This document shows, piece by piece, positions 29,134 to 40,254 of a stretch of DNA of 64,000 nucleotides; the first letter of the stretch is position 1, and each line of letters starts with the position of its first letter. Below the pieces are notes generated by a model, which did no database searches, was not told the origin of the DNA, and was given only the letters and a program-made list of their open reading frames with translations. The DNA is from an uncultured delta proteobacterium (GTDB lineage: Bacteria > Myxococcota_A > Polyangia > Polyangiales > Houyiibacteriaceae), in assembly GCA_963699755.1 (NCBI GenBank), contig CAVOVB010000002.1:838956-902955 (forward strand), read 5' to 3'. The position numbers and the translations under genes were made by a program.

Positions 29134-30786
29134 CTAGGCCTTGCGTGGCGCGCTGTCGGCGCCTTCGAACCAGGGCTCGTCGGTGACCGGGTTCATCGTG
29201 TGACCGGTGATTCGGGGCACGATCGAGTCGCGCTGTTCTTCGACCAAGGAGCCGTAGCGCTGCCACCAGTGTTCGGCATCGGCTCGCGTCCAAGCGGGGA
29301 GGTCGAGCTGGTCGAGGGCGTCGGCGAGCGCCTCTGCCGACCTGGGTCGGTCGTCTTTGTTCTTGGCCAAGCAGGAGAGGATGAGCTGCTCGAGCTGCTT
29401 TGGGACGGGCTCGCCGCGCGCTCCACGGATGGGAGGCGGGGCGGCCTCCACCTGCTGCATGCAGATTTCGAACACGGTGCCGCCGTCGAAGACGGGCCGA
29501 CCGGCGAGTAAGTAATAGCCCACTGCGCCGAGTGAATAGAGGTCGCTTCGCGCATCGACCTCGTTCGGTGCGTTGACTCCCTCGGGGCTCAGGTAGTACG
29601 GCGTCCCTTGGATGGAACGGGCGTCGCTCGACTCGGAGTCGTCCACGTCCGAGATGCGCTTCACGAGCCCGAAGTCGACGACCTTGACGAAATCGTAGGA
29701 CCCGCCCTGCCGCGTGAGCATGATGTTGCTCGGCTTGACGTCGCGGTGAATGAACCCGACCGAGTGCGCTTCGTCGAGCGCGAGGGCGACGTCGCGGAGG
29801 ATATGGACGACGCGCGACACGGGTTGAGGCCCGGTGGCTTCGACGATGTCTTGAAGGCTTGCGCCGTCGAGCAGCTCCATCGCGTAGTAGAACAAGCCCT
29901 CCGGCGTGCGCCCGTAGTCGTAGATCGTGATGGTGTGCGGATGCTTGAGTGTCGCCGTCAGCTGCACTTCGCGCCGAAAGCGGTCGTGCACCTCGCGGCC
30001 GCCGAGCTCGGGTCGCAAGAGCTTCACCGCCGTGGGGCGCTTGAGCATGCCGTGCGTCGCCTGATAGACGACGCCCATCGCGCCTTCTCCGAGCTTGCGC
30101 TCGAGCTGGTACTGACCGAGGCTTCGGATGCTGCTCACTTCGCTCCGCAGGCGATGAATGACGTAAGACGCGATGCTCGACAGACCGACGCTCAGCGTCC
30201 ACCACATGGTCGTCATCAGGGCGGTCGAGATGATGATGGTGCTCCGTTCGAAGCCACGGGTGTCGTAGTCGACCATGCGCCACATCTCAGGGTCGACGTC
30301 GCGGTAGTGCAGCGCCATCATGCCAACGAGCGGGACGCCGATGAGGAGACCCAACATGGCGGTGTGTCGCGCCGTGCTCGGCACGAAGACCGCGCGCGAG
30401 AAGAGGGCAAACGAGAGCGCAAATGCGGTGATGACATCGGCACCAACCTCCGGTGGAATCGTCATCCCCATGCCGATGTAGCCCACCGAGGCGAATAGCA
30501 GGCCCATCGTCTCGGCGGCGATCACAGTCGAGAGCGGCCGCGGGCCGCCGCGGCAGACGAGCCACATCGCCAAGCACGGAACGATGGCCGACGCGTGAAG
30601 CCAGAAACCCGGCTCGCCCAACTTCTCGAGAAGCGTCCCCGACGCCAGTCCGATGAAGATCCGAAAGACCAAGCCAATCGCTCCTGCGGCGGCGATGCTC
30701 AAGCCAAAGGACGCGACGCGACTCTGATAGAACGCTTTGGCTTCGGGGGTCGTGAAGAAGGGGCTGGTGCTGGCGCTGGTGCTCAC
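29134..30786 (-). CDS. Membrane-anchored Ser/Thr protein kinase
   Basis: N-terminal TMs; GEGAMG, HRDVKPSN, DFG. Confidence 0.95.
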   Translation of the reverse strand: MSTSASTSPFFTTPEAKAFYQSRVASFGLSIAAAGAIGLVFRIFIGLASGTLLEKLGEPGFWLHASAIVPCLAMWLVCRGGPRPLSTVIAAETMGLLFASVGYIGMGMTIPPEVGADVITAFALSFALFSRAVFVPSTARHTAMLGLLIGVPLVGMMALHYRDVDPEMWRMVDYDTRGFERSTIIISTALMTTMWWTLSVGLSSIASYVIHRLRSEVSSIRSLGQYQLERKLGEGAMGVVYQATHGMLKRPTAVKLLRPELGGREVHDRFRREVQLTATLKHPHTITIYDYGRTPEGLFYYAMELLDGASLQDIVEATGPQPVSRVVHILRDVALALDEAHSVGFIHRDVKPSNIMLTRQGGSYDFVKVVDFGLVKRISDVDDSESSDARSIQGTPYYLSPEGVNAPNEVDARSDLYSLGAVGYYLLAGRPVFDGGTVFEICMQQVEAAPPPIRGARGEPVPKQLEQLILSCLAKNKDDRPRSAEALADALDQLDLPAWTRADAEHWWQRYGSLVEEQRDSIVPRITGHTMNPVTDEPWFEGADSAPRKA

Positions 30787-30967
30787 GCCGGGAGCTTACT
30801 ACGGGCGGGTGAAGCATGGAGGAAAGGCGCATTCGGGCGGGGCGCATGGACTGTTGTTTTCGCCGTGGTTCTGACAGGGAGTCGAAAGCGGCGATTTCCG
30901 TGTTGAAGAACCTGCGGGGATGGATCAGATCTCGACGGAGAGAACCTCAACCCCGAAAGAGGCACGC

Positions 30968-32830
30968 ATGACCGTACAGCCGACCGCAATCGTCTTCCCC
31001 ACCGAGCTCAAGAGCGACGAAGCAAAAGAGTTCATCCGAGAGGTGGTTGCGCTTTGCAAGCCGGCGGCCATCCATTTCTGCGACGGCTCGGAAGAGGAGT
31101 ATACGACGCTCTGCAACCGCCTCGTCGAAGCGGGAACCTTCATCAAGTTGAGCGAGGAAAGGCGGCCCAACTCCTACGCGGCGTTTTCGGACCCGGCGGA
31201 CGTAGCTCGCGTCGAGGACCGGACGTTCATTTGCAGCCTGCGCAAGGAGGACGCCGGCCCGACGAACAATTGGACGGACCCCCATGAGATGAAGGCGACG
31301 CTCGCCGGTCTCTTCAAAGGATGCATGGCCGGCCGGACGCTGTACGTGATTCCGTTTTGCATGGGGCCGCTCGGCTCGGAGATTTCACAGCTGGGCATCG
31401 AGATCTCCGACTCGGCCTACGTCGCGGTGAACATGCGGCTCATGACGCGCATGGGCAAAGCCGTGTACCAGTACCTCGAGGGGGATGGCTTCGTTCGATG
31501 CGTGCACTCCGTCGGCTCCCCGCTTGCTGAGGGTCAGAAGGACGTCCCCTGGCCCTGCAACAACGAGAACAAGTACATCGTCCACTATCCCGAGGAACGG
31601 GCGATCTGGTCGTTTGGAAGCGGCTACGGCGGCAACGCCCTGCTCGGCAAGAAGTGCTTCGCGCTCCGGATCGCCTCGGTGATGGCGCGCGACGAGGGAT
31701 GGCTGGCCGAGCACATGCTGATCCTCGGCGTGGAGAGCCCCGAAGGAGAAAAGACATACATCGCTGGTGCGCTCCCGAGCGCATGTGGAAAGACCAATCT
31801 CGCGATGCTCGAGCCGCCCAAGGTGTTCGCCGACGAAGGATGGAAGATCACGACGATCGGGGACGACATCGCCTGGATCAAGCCGGACGCGAAAGGGCAG
31901 CTCCGGGCGATCAATCCCGAGGCGGGGTTCTTCGGCGTCGCGCCGGGCACGTCGGCCAAATCGAACAAGAACGCGATCGAGTCCTGTCGTGCGAACAGCA
32001 TCTTCACGAACTGCGCACTCACGCCGGACGGCGACGTCTGGTGGGAAGGGCTGACCGATGACCCGCCCCCCGAGCTCACCGACTGGCGCGGCCAGAAGTG
32101 GACACCGGGCTGCGGGCGGCCCGCAGCGCACCCGAATGCGCGCTTCACCGCGCCGGCATCACAGTGTCCGGTCATCGATCCGGATTGGGAGAACCCGGAG
32201 GGCGTCCCGATTCACGCTTTCCTCTTCGGTGGGCGCCGCGCGACGACGATGCCGCTCGTCGTTCAGTCGTTCAACTGGGCCTACGGCGTCTTCATGGCGG
32301 CGACGATCGGATCCGAGCAAACCGCGGCAGCCGGTGGCGAGGTCGGCAAGGTGCGGCGGGACCCCTTCGCCATGCTGCCGTTCTGCGGCTACCACATGGC
32401 GGACTACTTCAATCACTGGCTCGAAATCGGGCGAAACACGCCGAAGCCTCCTCGGATCTTCTTGATCAACTGGTTCCGTAAGGACGAAAACGGCAAATTC
32501 GTGTGGCCGGGCTTCGGCGAGAACATGCGAGTGCTTCGTTGGATCGTCGACCGCGTACGCGGCCGAGCAGGTTCCACCGAGAGCCCACTCGGCTGGATGC
32601 CGCAATACGAACAGCTCGATTGGCGGGGCCTCGACTTCCCCAAGCAGAAGTTCAAAGAGGTCATGAGCGTGGACCGCGAAGAGTGGAAGAAGGAGCTCTA
32701 CGATCAAGAGTCCTTGTTCGATCGACTCTATGACAAGCTTCCGCGCGAGTTCGGTCACATGCGGGAGCTCACGCTTTCGGCCCTCTGGCGTTCGCCAACG
32801 GTTTGGGAGCTCGCCCCCGAGCGCTTCTAG
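30968..32830 (+). CDS. pckG: Phosphoenolpyruvate carboxykinase (GTP)
   Basis: [35 protein letters not shown]. Confidence 0.97.
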   Translation: MTVQPTAIVFPTELKSDEAKEFIREVVALCKPAAIHFCDGSEEEYTTLCNRLVEAGTFIKLSEERRPNSYAAFSDPADVARVEDRTFICSLRKEDAGPTNNWTDPHEMKATLAGLFKGCMAGRTLYVIPFCMGPLGSEISQLGIEISDSAYVAVNMRLMTRMGKAVYQYLEGDGFVRCVHSVGSPLAEGQKDVPWPCNNENKYIVHYPEERAIWSFGSGYGGNALLGKKCFALRIASVMARDEGWLAEHMLILGVESPEGEKTYIAGALPSACGKTNLAMLEPPKVFADEGWKITTIGDDIAWIKPDAKGQLRAINPEAGFFGVAPGTSAKSNKNAIESCRANSIFTNCALTPDGDVWWEGLTDDPPPELTDWRGQKWTPGCGRPAAHPNARFTAPASQCPVIDPDWENPEGVPIHAFLFGGRRATTMPLVVQSFNWAYGVFMAATIGSEQTAAAGGEVGKVRRDPFAMLPFCGYHMADYFNHWLEIGRNTPKPPRIFLINWFRKDENGKFVWPGFGENMRVLRWIVDRVRGRAGSTESPLGWMPQYEQLDWRGLDFPKQKFKEVMSVDREEWKKELYDQESLFDRLYDKLPREFGHMRELTLSALWRSPTVWELAPERF

Positions 32831-32966
32831 CTCGCGTCACGTAGTGCATCCACGCCGGCATCGTGTGACGCGTCCACCGCATCGTGACCCGGCCAGACCG
32901 TAGGCCGGGCTTTCGTTCGAATTCCAACAGGCCACGCAGCCTGTGGTGTTCGCTCCGTTCTTCCGG

Positions 32967-33512
32967 CTAGCGACGATCGGCGGGGATGAGCATCGAGAGG
33001 GGGCTGCGGTAGTAGCGATCGAACTCTTCGGGGTCGAGCGCGAGGAGCAGCGGAATGACGGCTTCCTCCTCGACGTCGAGATGGGCATCGAGTGTGCGAT
33101 CGTGGGCTTGCAGAGCGCGGAGGACCGGCTTGTCGGTGAAGCGTCGTGTGGGATCGGCCGGATCGGCGGGGCGCGCCAAGGAGCGAAAGGCCTCGGCGAC
33201 CTCATCGGCGCGGGCATGGAGCTCGCTGTGCCCGGTGCGCGCCTCGTCCAATGAGATTCCCCATCGATACTCGAGGTAGGGGTAGAGCTTCCGCTCCTCG
33301 TACGCTTCGTGGCTCCGCATCGCCGCAATCCAGCGATCGAACAGAGAATGCAAGCCCGCAAACTCCTCGCCGGCGGCTCGGTCGACCAGGAAGCGGCTCA
33401 CCCTGCGAAAATTCGCATGGGACCCGAGCAGGAGCGCTTGCGTGCGAAACCGGGGATGCGCCTTCCAATCCTCGCGAGGGATGTTTGGCACTACAACGGC
33501 GACGGCGTTCAT
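32967..33512 (-). CDS. Hemerythrin-like domain protein
   Basis: HEAYEE..LYP and HLDVEE..IP motifs. Confidence 0.75.
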   Translation of the reverse strand: MNAVAVVVPNIPREDWKAHPRFRTQALLLGSHANFRRVSRFLVDRAAGEEFAGLHSLFDRWIAAMRSHEAYEERKLYPYLEYRWGISLDEARTGHSELHARADEVAEAFRSLARPADPADPTRRFTDKPVLRALQAHDRTLDAHLDVEEEAVIPLLLALDPEEFDRYYRSPLSMLIPADRR

Positions 33513-33854
33513 GACGGCTCCTTTCCTGAAAGGCGATGGAACCTTTGTCTCGGGGCGGAAGCGTCAAGGCTTATGATGGAGGGCGGGCGCAGAGCGTTGG
33601 CCATCCTGCGATTCGGCGCCACGGCCGCGGGTCCCGCGGCAAAGGTCTGTCCGCGTGGCGACGACGAGGCGGGGGTTTTGCCGTGTTTCTAGGGTTCGCG
33701 CTGGGGTCGGTCGGGTTTACTTCCAAACCGTTTGGCTTGCGGATTATTCGTGCGACTTGCTGCCAAACGGTTCCGTGTCCGCCCCGGCGAAAACCGCGTC
33801 AGCCGCGTGTAGTGCTCGGGGTGCGGCGGAGCTGGGGTTTCTTCTAGCGCCGCA

Positions 33855-34853
33855 TCAGCCTTCGCGAAGCTGCGTGGCCTGTGGGGCTTGGTGTGCTGAC
33901 GCAGCTTCGAGGCCTACGAGTTGGCGACTGCGTTCGTAGAGGCGTTGGGCCATCTGCTCGTCGTGGGCGTGGGGGCTTGGGGATTCGAGCGGCCAGCCGC
34001 CTGCGTTCTTGGATTTGTCGCGGTAGGTGCCGGTCTGGCTGTAGTAGGCGCCTGGGTGATCTGCGACGTCGGGAGCGAGCGCGGCGTAGAGGGTGGTTTG
34101 GGTCCCCTCCCATGGCTCGACCATGCCCATCATGCGCATGAACGGTCGCGTCACGCGTTGCATCCAGGCCGGCATCGTGTGACGCATGAGCTCCGTCCTG
34201 ACCCAGCCCGGATGAACACTGACCGCGGTGACGCCCGTGCCCTCGAGACGCTTCGCGAGTTGCTTGGCGTGCAGCACGTTCGCCAACTTGGACTGCGCGT
34301 AGGAGGCCCAGCCTTCGTACTTGCGATTTTCGAAATGGAGATCGTCGAGAACGATGACGCCTTCGCGGCCCATGGCCATGTCGTGGTAGCAGCTCGAGAC
34401 CACGACCACGCGGGCGGGTGCGCTCTTTTTCAAGGTGTCGAGGAGGAGCTCTGTCAGGAGAAAATGGCCGAGATGGTTGACGCCGATCTGGGTTTCGAAT
34501 CCATCGGACGTTTTGCCTTGCGGCGTGTTCATCACACCGGCGTTGTTGATCAAGAGGTGGAGGGAATCGTGAGCGCCGAGGTAGCCGTCGACGAAGGCGC
34601 GGACGGAGCTCAGGTCGCCGAGATCGAGCCTGCGCACTTCGAGATCGGCGTTCGGGACTTCGGCGCGAATCTCGTCGGCGCGCGCGGCACCCTCTGCCTC
34701 GTTTCGGCATGCGAGCGTCACGGACGCGCCCTGCTTGGCGAGCTGTTTGGCGGTGACGAAACCGATGCCGGAGTTGGCGCCGGTGACGATGACGCGGCGG
34801 CCGTGGAGATCTTGGCTCAGGACTTCGGGGGGACACATGAGAGGTTGGGGCAT
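33855..34853 (-). CDS. SDR oxidoreductase (retinol dehydrogenase-like)
   Basis: TGANSGIG, NNAG, YAQSK. Confidence 0.92.
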   Translation of the reverse strand: MPQPLMCPPEVLSQDLHGRRVIVTGANSGIGFVTAKQLAKQGASVTLACRNEAEGAARADEIRAEVPNADLEVRRLDLGDLSSVRAFVDGYLGAHDSLHLLINNAGVMNTPQGKTSDGFETQIGVNHLGHFLLTELLLDTLKKSAPARVVVVSSCYHDMAMGREGVIVLDDLHFENRKYEGWASYAQSKLANVLHAKQLAKRLEGTGVTAVSVHPGWVRTELMRHTMPAWMQRVTRPFMRMMGMVEPWEGTQTTLYAALAPDVADHPGAYYSQTGTYRDKSKNAGGWPLESPSPHAHDEQMAQRLYERSRQLVGLEAASAHQAPQATQLREG

Positions 34854-34951
34854 GATGGGGATCTAGCGGTGAGGGGGCTGGGGTCAATGGGCCCTTGTGG
34901 AGGACGGATCGGCCATGACGCCGCAGTCGCTGCCAGAGGGCCCGCGCTCTT

Positions 34952-35503
34952 TCACGAGCCCGTGGGTTGCTGGGTCTTCCGAAGGGGCTCGAGGGGATAC
35001 CCTTTCTCTTCGAGTCGACGCAGGATGCCGTCGTAGGTGGCCTCGTCGAGCGTTGGGGTGCGGCTGAGGATCCAGAGATAGTCGCGGCTCGGGTGGCCGA
35101 CGACGGCGTATTGGTACTCGGGACCCAGGTCGATGATCCAGTAGTCGCCCCAGAACGGGCCGAAGAACGACACTTCGAGCTTGGCGTTGGTGTCCCGGTC
35201 GACGACGCGCGCCCTTCCCTCGGCCACATCCTCCGGGCCATCGAGGCTGTCTTTGCGGCACTTGTTGAGGACGTCGATTTCGCCATCGCTCCGAAGGGTG
35301 TAGGTGGCCGTGGTCCCGGTGCACCCCTCTTGATAGCGCTGCGGGTAGCTCGCAATCTCGTACCAGGTGCCGAGGTAGCGCTCGAGCGCGACTTCGGGAA
35401 CCGTTTCGAGCGCTGGGAGCTGCAGACGCTCGGTGGTGGTTTTGCTGCAGCCGATGAGGGCAATGGCGGAGGCGAAGGCGAGGAGCAGCCGGGGACGATG
35501 CAT
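34952..35503 (-). CDS. Lipocalin family lipoprotein (Blc-like)
   Basis: RYLGTWYEIA; YLWILSRTP; lipobox LIGC. Confidence 0.92.
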   Translation of the reverse strand: MHRPRLLLAFASAIALIGCSKTTTERLQLPALETVPEVALERYLGTWYEIASYPQRYQEGCTGTTATYTLRSDGEIDVLNKCRKDSLDGPEDVAEGRARVVDRDTNAKLEVSFFGPFWGDYWIIDLGPEYQYAVVGHPSRDYLWILSRTPTLDEATYDGILRRLEEKGYPLEPLRKTQQPTGS

Positions 35504-35543
35504 GTCGGGTAGCTACCATGGAATCGCGGCCCGGACCCGCGCG

Positions 35544-35618
35544 CCCGACGTCTGGGTGGTGGGGCAACAGCTCGGCGACGGCGGCTCCACGGGCTTGATC
35601 TTTCAGTATCGGCCTTGA
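35544..35618 (+). pseudogene. Orphan 3' end of the beta-propeller gene at 48898-49818
   Basis: DVWVVGQQLGDGGSTGLIFQYRP* vs DVWAVGQQLGEGGSTGLIFHYRP*. Confidence 0.8.
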
Positions 35619-35655
35619 GCGATTGGCTCGGGCGGTGCGCGCATCGATGCCGCTG

Positions 35656-36603
35656 TCAGCCCTGCACGCGATTGTGTTGCACACCGAGGTCGATGAGCCC
35701 GTCCCCGCTGCCGATGTGGGACTCGACGACATCACCCGGCTTCAGGTATTCGGAGCGCTTGGCCTGCGACCCGAGAAACAGACGCCAGCGCGTCGCTTCG
35801 GGCAGGAGCGCGGCGAGCCTTTGCATCCTCGGAGACGGAACACGGAGGGCGCAGCCCGAGGGGGTCCCCGTCGCAATCAGGTCGCCAGGGTGCAGATCCT
35901 GGAGGCCGGAGAGCTCGGTCAGCGTATCGGCTGGCGAATGAACGAGCTCGCTGGTCGACGCCTCCTGCCGGACCTCGCCATTGACGCGGAGAGTGAGCCG
36001 AAGATCGCGGAGATAGTGTATGTCACCTGGCTCGAGCAAACAAAGATGAGGGCCGACCGGGCCGAACGTGCGGTAGCTCTTGCCCTTGTAGAACTGCATC
36101 TGCGGAAGCTGGACATCACGCGCCGAGTAGTCGTTGACGATAGTCACGCCTGCGACGAGCTCGTGCAGATTCTCGTCGGTCACGACCCGGGGTGCCGTGA
36201 TGTCGCGCCGGATGACGAGCCCGAGCTCGATCTCGTAGTCGAGCAGAGCGACGTGACTGGGGCGGACGACGTCGCTATCGGGCGACACGATGCAGCTCGA
36301 GGCTTTTCGAAACAGCATGTTGAAGGATTTCGCGTCGGGATCGACACCCGATTCCATCATGTGGGAGCGGTAGTTCGCTCCGAGACAGATGAGCTGCTGA
36401 TTGCGCGTCACGGGCGACAAGACCTGCACATCGTCTCGGCGTAGCTCGTTTCCGCGAAGGTCGGCGAGGTCACGGCTCGAGGCGTGCTGAACGAGCTCGC
36501 CGGTGCTGGCGAAGTCGCCGGGAATCGGGGTGATCGTTTGAGCGCGAACGACGCCCCATTGAATGCGGCTCTGGTGGGTGTAGCGGACTACGTGTACGGC
36601 CAT
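35656..36603 (-). CDS. Fumarylacetoacetate hydrolase family protein
   Basis: LDYEIELG; NDYSARD; GDLIATGTP. Confidence 0.92.
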   Translation of the reverse strand: MAVHVVRYTHQSRIQWGVVRAQTITPIPGDFASTGELVQHASSRDLADLRGNELRRDDVQVLSPVTRNQQLICLGANYRSHMMESGVDPDAKSFNMLFRKASSCIVSPDSDVVRPSHVALLDYEIELGLVIRRDITAPRVVTDENLHELVAGVTIVNDYSARDVQLPQMQFYKGKSYRTFGPVGPHLCLLEPGDIHYLRDLRLTLRVNGEVRQEASTSELVHSPADTLTELSGLQDLHPGDLIATGTPSGCALRVPSPRMQRLAALLPEATRWRLFLGSQAKRSEYLKPGDVVESHIGSGDGLIDLGVQHNRVQG

Positions 36604-36607
36604 GTTC

Positions 36608-37681
36608 TCATCCCATTGCCTTGAATAGGCGGTAAAGCGTGCGTGGCGTCACGTCGGGGTTGCGCCCAAAGACCCGCGCGAGGGCCTTCAGGTTTGCGAG
36701 CGAGAGCTCGGGGCGGATGAAGCTTTTCGGCATCACGGGCCCCCACTGTGACATCGCTCTGCGGCTCACCTCATGGACGCCCATGGGGTGATCCGACGTG
36801 AAGACGTCGCCATCGCTGTACATTTCGTGCTTGGCGCCCCAGGGGTCGTTCCAGTAGTCGAACACCTGGCTTCCGAGGATGTGTCGGCCGACGCCCCATG
36901 CGTGGCGCCAGCCCCGCTCCTGCATCCATCGTTGGCCCGTCGCGACCGCATCGGCGTCGACGACCTCGTAGGCACAGTGGGCGAACTGAGGCGCGAAACC
37001 CTGCACGATGGCGACGGTGTGGTGGTCGCTGGGCGTGGCGCCGAGATCCATGCGCAAGAACACGACCGCCGGCGACCCGTCCGGAAGCACCTGCACGTCG
37101 CTCGGAATGAGGCCAAAGTGTCGCGTGTACCAGGCGGAGCTGTCTTGAAATCGTGGCACTTCGAGAACCACGTGTCCGAGCTTCGTCAACTCGGGCGGAG
37201 CCATGGCGGAGCGCTGTCCGTCGTTGATGCGCGACTGCATGGCAGGGCTGTTGAGACGAAGCGGCGCGCGATGGGCGAGCGGCTCGACCTCGGACCGCCC
37301 GTGCACAGCCTCGACCAGGAAGCCAGCCGGATCGTTCAGTCGAACCCGTTCGCCGCCGCCAGGCAGGTCCATCGGCTCGATCGAGCTCGCCTCCCGAAGC
37401 CGGCTGAGCGCGTCGAGCTCTTGGCGTGTCGCAACCGCGAGGGCGAAGCCCACGAAGCGAGCCTTGGGGGCTCGTTTCACCGCGCAACAGAAGGGCGAAG
37501 GGCCCGTGTTGCGAAACCAAAGCCCGTCGTCGGCTCGATGCGCGACGTGCAGCCCAAAGTCGGTGAGAAAGCGCTCTGCTTCTTCGAGGCTCGGGCACTC
37601 GAACATCAGGTACGCAAGCTCGACCGCCTTCGACGTCGGGTCGGGGCATCGACTCGGTTGGGGTGTCGCAAGCGAAATCAT
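36608..37681 (-). CDS. VOC family protein (extradiol dioxygenase-like)
   Basis: KLGHVV; DHHT; WGVGRHILGSQVFDYWNDP. Confidence 0.85.
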   Translation of the reverse strand: MISLATPQPSRCPDPTSKAVELAYLMFECPSLEEAERFLTDFGLHVAHRADDGLWFRNTGPSPFCCAVKRAPKARFVGFALAVATRQELDALSRLREASSIEPMDLPGGGERVRLNDPAGFLVEAVHGRSEVEPLAHRAPLRLNSPAMQSRINDGQRSAMAPPELTKLGHVVLEVPRFQDSSAWYTRHFGLIPSDVQVLPDGSPAVVFLRMDLGATPSDHHTVAIVQGFAPQFAHCAYEVVDADAVATGQRWMQERGWRHAWGVGRHILGSQVFDYWNDPWGAKHEMYSDGDVFTSDHPMGVHEVSRRAMSQWGPVMPKSFIRPELSLANLKALARVFGRNPDVTPRTLYRLFKAMG

Positions 37682-39354
37682 CGGGCTCCTCCAGTGGTGG
37701 CAGCATCCGCGAGGGAGGCTCGCGGGCCGTTCGTGTCCGATGAGCGGGACCGCGCCGTCGCGGTTCCGAGAAGATCGCACACCTCGCGAACCAGGCGCGG
37801 TACTTCGGTCATCGGACCATGGTGCATGACGGTGCGGTCCGGACGGACGACGGCCGACCAGCCGACCGGCGCCAGCGACGGCACGAACGCGCCGCTGATG
37901 TCTTCCCACACGTGCGCAGCGCTCCGCCGATGCAAGCGCTGGCCGCGATGGCAGAGCTGAATGCAAGATCCGCCCGCAGCGCGCCAATCGGCCGCTGCAT
38001 CACCGAGCTGCGGCTCGGGATCGATGCCGAAGCCGACCAGCGCCAAGCCCTCGCCCAGCGCATCGTCACTCCAGCAGCCTCTTTCGCCTTGCTGAACCCA
38101 GGCCTGCGGGAACAGGGCGCCCCGAGTCAGCTGTGTCCCCTGCCCGCGCGAGGGTCGGCGCCCGCGCTCGACGAAAAGACCGCGGTCGAATTGATTCTGC
38201 GGCTTGATTTTGAGGTCTTCGAAGTACGAGCGTGCGGCTGGGATCAAGCGCAGGGTGCGCATGAGCAAACCCGTGCCGAGCGCCTGCATGCGGCTCGTGG
38301 GCATGATGATGCGCCCCAAAAACCTCGCGAGATCGATCATCGCTTTGGCGTGCGGTCGCCGCTCCTGATCGTAGCTTTGCAAAATGGCGGGCTCTGCGCG
38401 CCCTCGTAGCACCCAAGCCAGCTTCCAGCTGAGGTTCGCGGCGTCACGTAGCCCTGCGACGAGCCCCTGCCCGGCAAACGGCGGCGTGATGTGCGCGGCG
38501 TCGCCCGCCAGGAACACGCGGCCCTTCTGAAAGCGCTCCACCGTGCGTGCGTGAAAGCGATAGACCGCGGTCCGCTCGACCTCCATGTCGTCGGGGCTGC
38601 CCCAGGGCAACAGAAGCTCGCGCACCTTCTCTGGGCGCTCCATCTCCTCTCTGCTTTCGCCTGCATGCAGCATGAACTCCCAGCGCTGCCGGCCTCCTGG
38701 CGCGGGCATGTGCGGCGCGGGGCGCTTCGGATCGCAGATAAACTCGATGTGGTCGATCGACGTCGAGGCGAGCTTCGCGTCGACGATCAGCCAGTCCTCG
38801 ACGTAGGTTCGTCCTTCGAATCCCACGCCGAGCTTTTTTCGCACGATGGATTTGGCGCCATCCGCGCCGATGAGATACTGCGCGTGGATCGTTCGCTCGG
38901 TGCCGGCTTCGTCGCGAAGCCGCGCGACGACCCCGTCGGGTTGCTCGGCGAGGTCGATCAGCTCGACCCCGAGCGCGACCGTGACGTGGGGATAGCCGCG
39001 AACGCGTGCACGAAGCACGGCCTCGAGCTCGGGCTGATAGAACGTCACGAGCTTGGGATGTCCGTCCAAACAGCCAGCGGTTTGGAGGCGCGCCAACTGA
39101 CCGACGTACGGCGAGAGGTAACGCACCTCTGGAATCGCGATGGTTTCAAACGACCCTTCGGGCAGCCCCGCCGACTGCAAAATGCGCAACGCCTCATTGT
39201 CGAGCGCGATGGCGCGCGGCTGCGGGAAGATGCGGGTCGCCGCGTCGATCGCGAGCGTGCGCACCCCGTAGCGGCCGAGCAGGTTGGCGATGGCAGCCCC
39301 GACCGGGCCAAAGCCCACCACCAACACCTCCGTCTTGTCGTCGAGCTGGGTCAT
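37678..39354 (-). CDS. FAD-dependent aromatic hydroxylase (MhpA-like)
   Basis: GFGPVG; GADGAKS; LAGDAAHITPPFAGQG. Confidence 0.92.
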   Translation of the reverse strand: MTQLDDKTEVLVVGFGPVGAAIANLLGRYGVRTLAIDAATRIFPQPRAIALDNEALRILQSAGLPEGSFETIAIPEVRYLSPYVGQLARLQTAGCLDGHPKLVTFYQPELEAVLRARVRGYPHVTVALGVELIDLAEQPDGVVARLRDEAGTERTIHAQYLIGADGAKSIVRKKLGVGFEGRTYVEDWLIVDAKLASTSIDHIEFICDPKRPAPHMPAPGGRQRWEFMLHAGESREEMERPEKVRELLLPWGSPDDMEVERTAVYRFHARTVERFQKGRVFLAGDAAHITPPFAGQGLVAGLRDAANLSWKLAWVLRGRAEPAILQSYDQERRPHAKAMIDLARFLGRIIMPTSRMQALGTGLLMRTLRLIPAARSYFEDLKIKPQNQFDRGLFVERGRRPSRGQGTQLTRGALFPQAWVQQGERGCWSDDALGEGLALVGFGIDPEPQLGDAAADWRAAGGSCIQLCHRGQRLHRRSAAHVWEDISGAFVPSLAPVGWSAVVRPDRTVMHHGPMTEVPRLVREVCDLLGTATARSRSSDTNGPRASLADAATTGGAR

Positions 39355-39456
39355 TTCGGAACCTCTCGATCGGCCGCCGGGCCGAGCAAGTTGATGCTTT
39401 TATCATAACTGATGATCTTGTCAACTCTCTTTTCTGGTGCTAGAAGCGCTGGAAGA

Positions 39457-40209
39457 ATGTCGAGAAACACCCCCTCTGCCGGCTCGGCCCCATCCGGGCG
39501 CGCCGCCGACGCACCTGCCGAGCCTCGGGATTCGCGCCGCCGGCGCCAAACGCGAAACCGCCTGCTCCGTGCAGCGCTTCGACTGATGGCGGACCGGGGC
39601 ATGGAGGGTGTGGCCATCCAAGAGATCACCGAGGCCGCGGACGTGGGCTTCGGCACCTTTTACAACTACTTCGAATCCAAAGAGGCGATTCACGACGCGC
39701 TCGTGAGCGAGGTCTTCGAGGGCTTCGGCGCGGCGCTCGATCTCATCGCGGAGCGCGTCGAGGACCCAGCGGAAGTCTTCGCGGCGTCGGTGCGCTACAC
39801 GTTGCAGCGCGCTCAGCAGGAGCCGCTCTGGGGGCGCTTCCTGGTTCGGGTCGGCTTTGGGTCGCGCGTGCTCGAGCAGGGGCTTGCCCCTCGCATGCTT
39901 CGCGACCTGCAGCGCGGCGTCACGGCTGGACGCTTCCGCGCAGACGATCTGCCGATGACCATCGTGGCCGTTCGCGGGGCCGTGCTCAGCGCGGTCGACC
40001 TGCACGCCAGGCTCGCCGACCGCGATGCAGGCGATCGGGCGTTCGCAACCCTCGTGGACGGCGACCGTGAGAGGATGCCCGAGCGATGCGCTGCGGTGCT
40101 GCTCGGGCTGCTCGGCCTCGATCGCGATGAAGCGGCGCGAGTCGCCTGCCGTCCCCTACCGACCATCGAGCTACCGCCCAGCAATCTGCAGTCTGTGCCG
40201 GTGAGGTAA
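39457..40209 (+). CDS. TetR family regulator
   Basis: IQEITEAADVGFGTFYNYFESKE; divergent from the catabolic operon. Confidence 0.92.
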   Translation: MSRNTPSAGSAPSGRAADAPAEPRDSRRRRQTRNRLLRAALRLMADRGMEGVAIQEITEAADVGFGTFYNYFESKEAIHDALVSEVFEGFGAALDLIAERVEDPAEVFAASVRYTLQRAQQEPLWGRFLVRVGFGSRVLEQGLAPRMLRDLQRGVTAGRFRADDLPMTIVAVRGAVLSAVDLHARLADRDAGDRAFATLVDGDRERMPERCAAVLLGLLGLDRDEAARVACRPLPTIELPPSNLQSVPVR

Positions 40210-40254
40210 TTCGCGCTACTCGGGCCGTGTGGCGAGGAGGGGGTTGAACGGGAT

